Shown here: in pieces, positions 52,315 to 56,330 of the stretch
Layout: each line of letters opens with the position of its first letter
How positions within the stretch are numbered: the stretch's first letter is position 1
From: a candidate division CSSED10-310 bacterium
GTDB taxonomy: Bacteria > CSSED10-310
Reading direction: 5' to 3'
Assembly: GCA_003558985.1 (NCBI GenBank)
Contig: PWNJ01000120.1
Span: forward strand, 1 to 56,330
Length of the DNA stretch: 56,330 bases
Translations under genes and position numbers: made by a program
The notes under the pieces: model-generated
The model's database searches: none
What the model was told of the DNA's origin: nothing
What the model saw: the letters and a program-made list of their open reading frames with translations, nothing else

Positions 52315-53607
52315 ATGAAAAGCAAAATATCCGTTTTATTTATGATTATGTTTCTGGTGTTGTCTTTCTCGGTATGCCAGGCAGCTATCTATGTTTGCCA
52401 AACCAACGGAAACAATCAGAATCCTGGAACAAAAGACAGTCCCGTGAAGGAAATTGACAGGGCTATCAATCTGGTTGAAGCCGGAGGGGAAATATTTATT
52501 GCCGGCGGCACTTACACCGGAACATTCGGTGTGGGTTATATGGAAAGCGATAAACCATTGAAAATGTTTGGGAGTTATGACCAAACTTTCACAACCCGAA
52601 ATATCATGGATACACCTACTGTGTTTCAACCGGATAACGAGGCGGGTGGCAGGGCGCGCAGAGCGTTTCTGAAATTCACACGCGCTGTGGACGGTACGGT
52701 TATTGACGGTATCGTTTTTGATATGGGATATCGAAACGCTTATCATGCCACAGAAGGCATTATTGAAGGTCTTGAAACCGGACGTATGCTCCGAGCAACC
52801 GAACGCCCGGCAACCGGTAACAGCACGGCAGAAGAACCGATCATACAGATTGTCAGCGCTGCCCAGGGCGGTGATGTCACCATTCAAAACTGTGTTTTCG
52901 TCAATGGCGCCAGTTTTGCCATTCAAGGCGGTCTCCGTGAAGGAACATTCCGGGTACTGAATAATATCTTTGTGAGCAATCGCATGGCAGCAATTGAAAT
53001 TTACGGCACATGCGGCTCAAGAGGTGGTCCCGGAACCATGGCCAACTGCGGTAAAGTGGAAATCGCCAATAATACCATTCTGTTTACCTGGAGTCGGCTG
53101 GCGGATATGAAAGACATGGGATACGGAATTCGAATAATGACACGTTGTGAATATCACATCCATAACAACATGATAGGCGGCAGCGTGCTTGCCGGTGTTG
53201 ACAACACCCGATTCACACCGGATGACCGGGTAAAATTGGATAACAACATCTTTTTTGTTAACAAACAGGCGGATCTGGAATACAGTCCCGCCAGCAACGT
53301 CAAACTCAATCTGACAGCCGATCAGTTCGGAGATCTTCCATTTGCATCTGCTCGAGGTAACAAACAAGATATTCCGGAAGGTCTGCCGATCAACAGACAG
53401 TACCTTGAAGGGTTTTTAAGCGCCAGTTATACCGAGGAAATTGATTTTGACCCCAATTCAACGGCTAACCAGTTGCGCGCCGCAGTCGGCATGAACAAAC
53501 AAGGTTCGATAACGTCTTCCGTTACCATGTTCATGAACCGCTATCCATGGCGGGATGCAATTCAGTTGTTTGGAGCTGTTGAAAACGTCGGTGCACAGTC
53601 ATTTTAA
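52315..53607 (+). CDS. Secreted right-handed beta-helix protein (DUF1565-like N-terminus)
   Basis: Signal peptide; IYV....G...NPGT...P.K.I..AI, IAGGTY; IQNCVF, NNIF, ANNTI, HNNMI repeats. Confidence 0.75.
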   Translation: MKSKISVLFMIMFLVLSFSVCQAAIYVCQTNGNNQNPGTKDSPVKEIDRAINLVEAGGEIFIAGGTYTGTFGVGYMESDKPLKMFGSYDQTFTTRNIMDTPTVFQPDNEAGGRARRAFLKFTRAVDGTVIDGIVFDMGYRNAYHATEGIIEGLETGRMLRATERPATGNSTAEEPIIQIVSAAQGGDVTIQNCVFVNGASFAIQGGLREGTFRVLNNIFVSNRMAAIEIYGTCGSRGGPGTMANCGKVEIANNTILFTWSRLADMKDMGYGIRIMTRCEYHIHNNMIGGSVLAGVDNTRFTPDDRVKLDNNIFFVNKQADLEYSPASNVKLNLTADQFGDLPFASARGNKQDIPEGLPINRQYLEGFLSASYTEEIDFDPNSTANQLRAAVGMNKQGSITSSVTMFMNRYPWRDAIQLFGAVENVGAQSF

Positions 53608-53639
53608 CCCGAAACACATTAACAGGAGGACAACGTTTC

Positions 53640-55040
53640 ATGAGTGATATCAAAGATATTCTGAAATCAATCAGTGGTGAGTTACGTAAAGCACAGAACA
53701 ATATGTTCTCAGGCAAATTTGCAGAAGCAGCCGAAATTACTTCAACACTGGATATGCTGCTGGAAGATGCTGTTGCGGCAGATCCTGGTCATGTTCAGGT
53801 TAAAACCTTTACCAATCAAATCGCCAAACTGAAACGGGATTTGGAACAGCGTATGGGAAAAGCTCCCGGCGGAACAGCCAAACCGACAACGACATCAGCG
53901 CCTCAACCTCCACCACCCCGACCTGCCACAACAGCGCCCCAACAATCACCTGCCGCAGCGACCACATCCACCAAAACCGCACCCGTTCTCCCGGCCGGAG
54001 TCAATAAACGTATTCGGGACATGAATGAATTGATTCGACGTGGAAAATTACGTGATGCCGCTGCGCTTCTGGAAGAAATTGACAGACAGTACGCCGGTCA
54101 GTTTGATACCGAAAATCCTGATTATCTTGATGTTAAACAGCGTCTGGAAACCGCGCTGAAGGAAATGGAAGACAAAGCGAAACAGGTTGAAGCTGATAAA
54201 AATCGCGCGGAACAGGAACGTGCGGCAAGAGAAGAATTATCGAAAGAATGGGAAACCAGATTGAAAGAACTTCCGTCTTTCAACGTTCGAACAGCCAATA
54301 TTCAAAACCTTCTGGAACAGCAGCAGGCCTTCGAAGTCGCCAGCAAAGTGTATTCTGAATACAAAACAGTCGATTTTCCCTATAGTAAAACATACGGACT
54401 TCAACAAATCGAAAAAACAATCTCCACCAATATCGACCAGTTCCCGTCTCTGCTGGAACAAACCCGAAAAAAAGCATTTGATGAAGCAATCGCTCACATT
54501 GATTCACGATATACCGGTCTGGACAGAATTGTTGAAGGTAAACCGGCCATAATGAATGACGGGAGTATTAAACAGACCGAAACATTTCTTGAAAAATACT
54601 GGCCGCTGTTTCCGGAAGGCACCCCTGAACACACACAAATAAATGAACGATTTGAAGAATTGATCCGGAAAAATCTTGGCAATAGAGAAGAACGCGCAAA
54701 ACAGGTAACCATGCGTGATGATATCTATCAGGGCGGTGATGCGGCTGACATCAAAAAACGTATGGAAGAGTTTATACTTACGGCTGATGGTTCAGCTCAA
54801 ATTGTCCGATCTGTTGTGTACAGCCCGGAATGGAAAGAACTGTCACAATGGGAAGATTATGCCGGTAACAAACGGTTTGTGACACGAGGTGAAATTTATG
54901 GTCAGGTCATTGCAACCATAAATGATGTTCCGAAGTTGTATACTGTCTATATAACCAAAGAAAAGAAATCAGATGGTTCATGGTCACTATTGACCGGAAA
55001 TGTCATGTATATTGAAGATATTGCACAAGAAAACCTGTGA
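53640..55040 (+). CDS. Hypothetical protein: helical N-domain, Pro/Thr/Ala linker, coiled coil and C-terminal beta domain
   Basis: RBS AGGAGG; 466-aa ORF co-oriented 32 bp after the beta-helix gene; no recognisable catalytic motif. Confidence 0.7.
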   Translation: MSDIKDILKSISGELRKAQNNMFSGKFAEAAEITSTLDMLLEDAVAADPGHVQVKTFTNQIAKLKRDLEQRMGKAPGGTAKPTTTSAPQPPPPRPATTAPQQSPAAATTSTKTAPVLPAGVNKRIRDMNELIRRGKLRDAAALLEEIDRQYAGQFDTENPDYLDVKQRLETALKEMEDKAKQVEADKNRAEQERAAREELSKEWETRLKELPSFNVRTANIQNLLEQQQAFEVASKVYSEYKTVDFPYSKTYGLQQIEKTISTNIDQFPSLLEQTRKKAFDEAIAHIDSRYTGLDRIVEGKPAIMNDGSIKQTETFLEKYWPLFPEGTPEHTQINERFEELIRKNLGNREERAKQVTMRDDIYQGGDAADIKKRMEEFILTADGSAQIVRSVVYSPEWKELSQWEDYAGNKRFVTRGEIYGQVIATINDVPKLYTVYITKEKKSDGSWSLLTGNVMYIEDIAQENL

Positions 55041-55089
55041 TATAAAACTGCATCGAATTGCATTTAACTTGTAAAAAACGTTATTCTGT

Positions 55090-55126
55090 CTGATACGGTC
55101 GGCTTGTCTCAGCCGGCCGTTGTCAG
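55090..55126 (+). terminator. Intergenic hairpin (terminator or processing stem)
   Basis: CTGATACGGTCGGCT...AGCCGGCCGTTGTCAG imperfect stem without a strong U-tract. Confidence 0.4.
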
Positions 55127-55136
55127 AGGTGTTATC

Positions 55137-56330
55137 GTGAAACGGTATATTGTTTTTTGTGTGTTATTTGTTTGTTTAAACGCCTGTACTCGTCCGGTTT
55201 CTGAAGATTCAACAGGCACCCCGGACATTGTCCCCAACATTATAATGATATCTTTGGATACTCTTCGAGCAGACCATCTTGGATGTTATGGACATCCCGA
55301 AATTCGGACTCCTGTTATCGACAGGATCAGTCGAAACGGACTGCTGTGTTCTGATCATCATGTGAACTCAAATTGGACCCTACCCTCACATGCGTCCATG
55401 TTTACTTCCATGTATGTTGCTGACCACCGAATGGTGTACGACAACCGGCCTATGCCGGATTCAATCATTACACTAGCTGAGTTGCTTCGTGATTCCGGGT
55501 ACCGCACTGGTGGTTTTTACAGCGTACATCACTTTTCACCCCAGTTAAATATGACCAAAGGTTTTGATCTGATGGAGTTTTACGATTGGGTTGACGGTGC
55601 AGACTGGACGCGCATTACGGACTGGTTGAGCGCTGAATCTGAACAGCCATTCTTTCTTTTTCTTCATACGTTTGAACCCCATGCGCCCTATGGCGGTTAT
55701 CGCGAATATCAGCAAACTGAATTCGGGCGTAATCTAAGAGATCTGGATGCATTTGAATCATTTACGAAATCCTGGGAAGCCGGCGAAACGGATATTGACT
55801 GGCTGGATTATCGTGAGGGAATGATGATGATGCTTCTGGGGTTTCAAAAAGGTGAAGACCGTCATTCAGACAGGATTCAGGAAAAAGTTGCGCGAATGAC
55901 TGATGCCCAGCTTCGGTTATGGCGGCATGCCGGAGAGGTTCCGATTACAAACGAAATTGATCCCTGGTTTGATTCAAAATTTTTCCAGCCGGATGTTCAG
56001 GCCATGATTGACAATTATGTTCTTCGAGTTGAAAAAACGGATCGTGAGATGCAACGTTTGTTGAAAGAACTCTATCGTTCCGGTCATCTTGAAAACACGG
56101 TTATTTGTATTACATCGGATCATGGAGAAACCTTTTTTGAACGTGACAGAGTATATGGACACGGCGGCAATCGACGGGACTATATTGATCCTTATCTTGT
56201 CGCCGACAGCAGTTTTCACACTGAACTGATTTGCACTCCGCTTATACTTCACGCTCCGGAACAGTTAAATTTTATTCCGCGATACGTCGAACCCCACCTG
56301 ACCAGCGCTCTTGATATTATGCACTCGTTG
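55137..56330 (+). CDS. Sulfatase-like/alkaline phosphatase superfamily lipoprotein (runs off the window; absent from the ORF track)
   Basis: GTG start after GAGG; lipobox LNAC; PNIIMISLDTLRADHLGCYG, NWTLPSHASMFT, HTFEPHAPY, TSDHGE. Confidence 0.85.
   Translation, partial: MKRYIVFCVLFVCLNACTRPVSEDSTGTPDIVPNIIMISLDTLRADHLGCYGHPEIRTPVIDRISRNGLLCSDHHVNSNWTLPSHASMFTSMYVADHRMVYDNRPMPDSIITLAELLRDSGYRTGGFYSVHHFSPQLNMTKGFDLMEFYDWVDGADWTRITDWLSAESEQPFFLFLHTFEPHAPYGGYREYQQTEFGRNLRDLDAFESFTKSWEAGETDIDWLDYREGMMMMLLGFQKGEDRHSDRIQEKVARMTDAQLRLWRHAGEVPITNEIDPWFDSKFFQPDVQAMIDNYVLRVEKTDREMQRLLKELYRSGHLENTVICITSDHGETFFERDRVYGHGGNRRDYIDPYLVADSSFHTELICTPLILHAPEQLNFIPRYVEPHLTSALDIMHSL

Overview
Bacterial chromosomal window with no integrase, transposase, phage genes or CRISPR array recognised. 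The outer-membrane beta-barrel and lipoproteins suggest a diderm. The gene content resembles an anaerobic, salt-adapted and poorly studied lineage (inference only). From left to right it holds: a tRNA-Lys/tRNA-Glu pair; a small Cys-rich membrane protein with RNase HIII; REP/REPIN-like repeats; a DUF318 permease; and an operon with a 1.4-kaa PPDK-like dikinase lacking the pyruvate domain, a divergent GAPDH, a secreted protein and a methyltransferase. A ~28-kb minus-strand run follows, with a TPR-CHAT protease, a three-gene PUFA-synthase-like (pfa) cluster, an OM barrel, Rsm22-like, pcnB, a glycosyl/acyl/methyl-transferase block and an aspartyl protease. The right part has two secreted Pro/Thr-linker proteins sharing a 129-aa C-terminal domain, a MATE pump, cysE, and an ablAB osmolyte operon behind a frameshifted EctR-like MarR gene. 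It ends with nadE, secreted hydrolases and unknowns, and a truncated sulfatase-like gene. The best candidates for undescribed biology are the orphan dikinase-GAPDH module, the shared C-terminal domain (a possible anchoring or sorting module), and the pfa cluster with no release enzyme, flanked by a CHAT protease and lipid/glycan-modifying genes. All calls come from motif reading; no searches were run.
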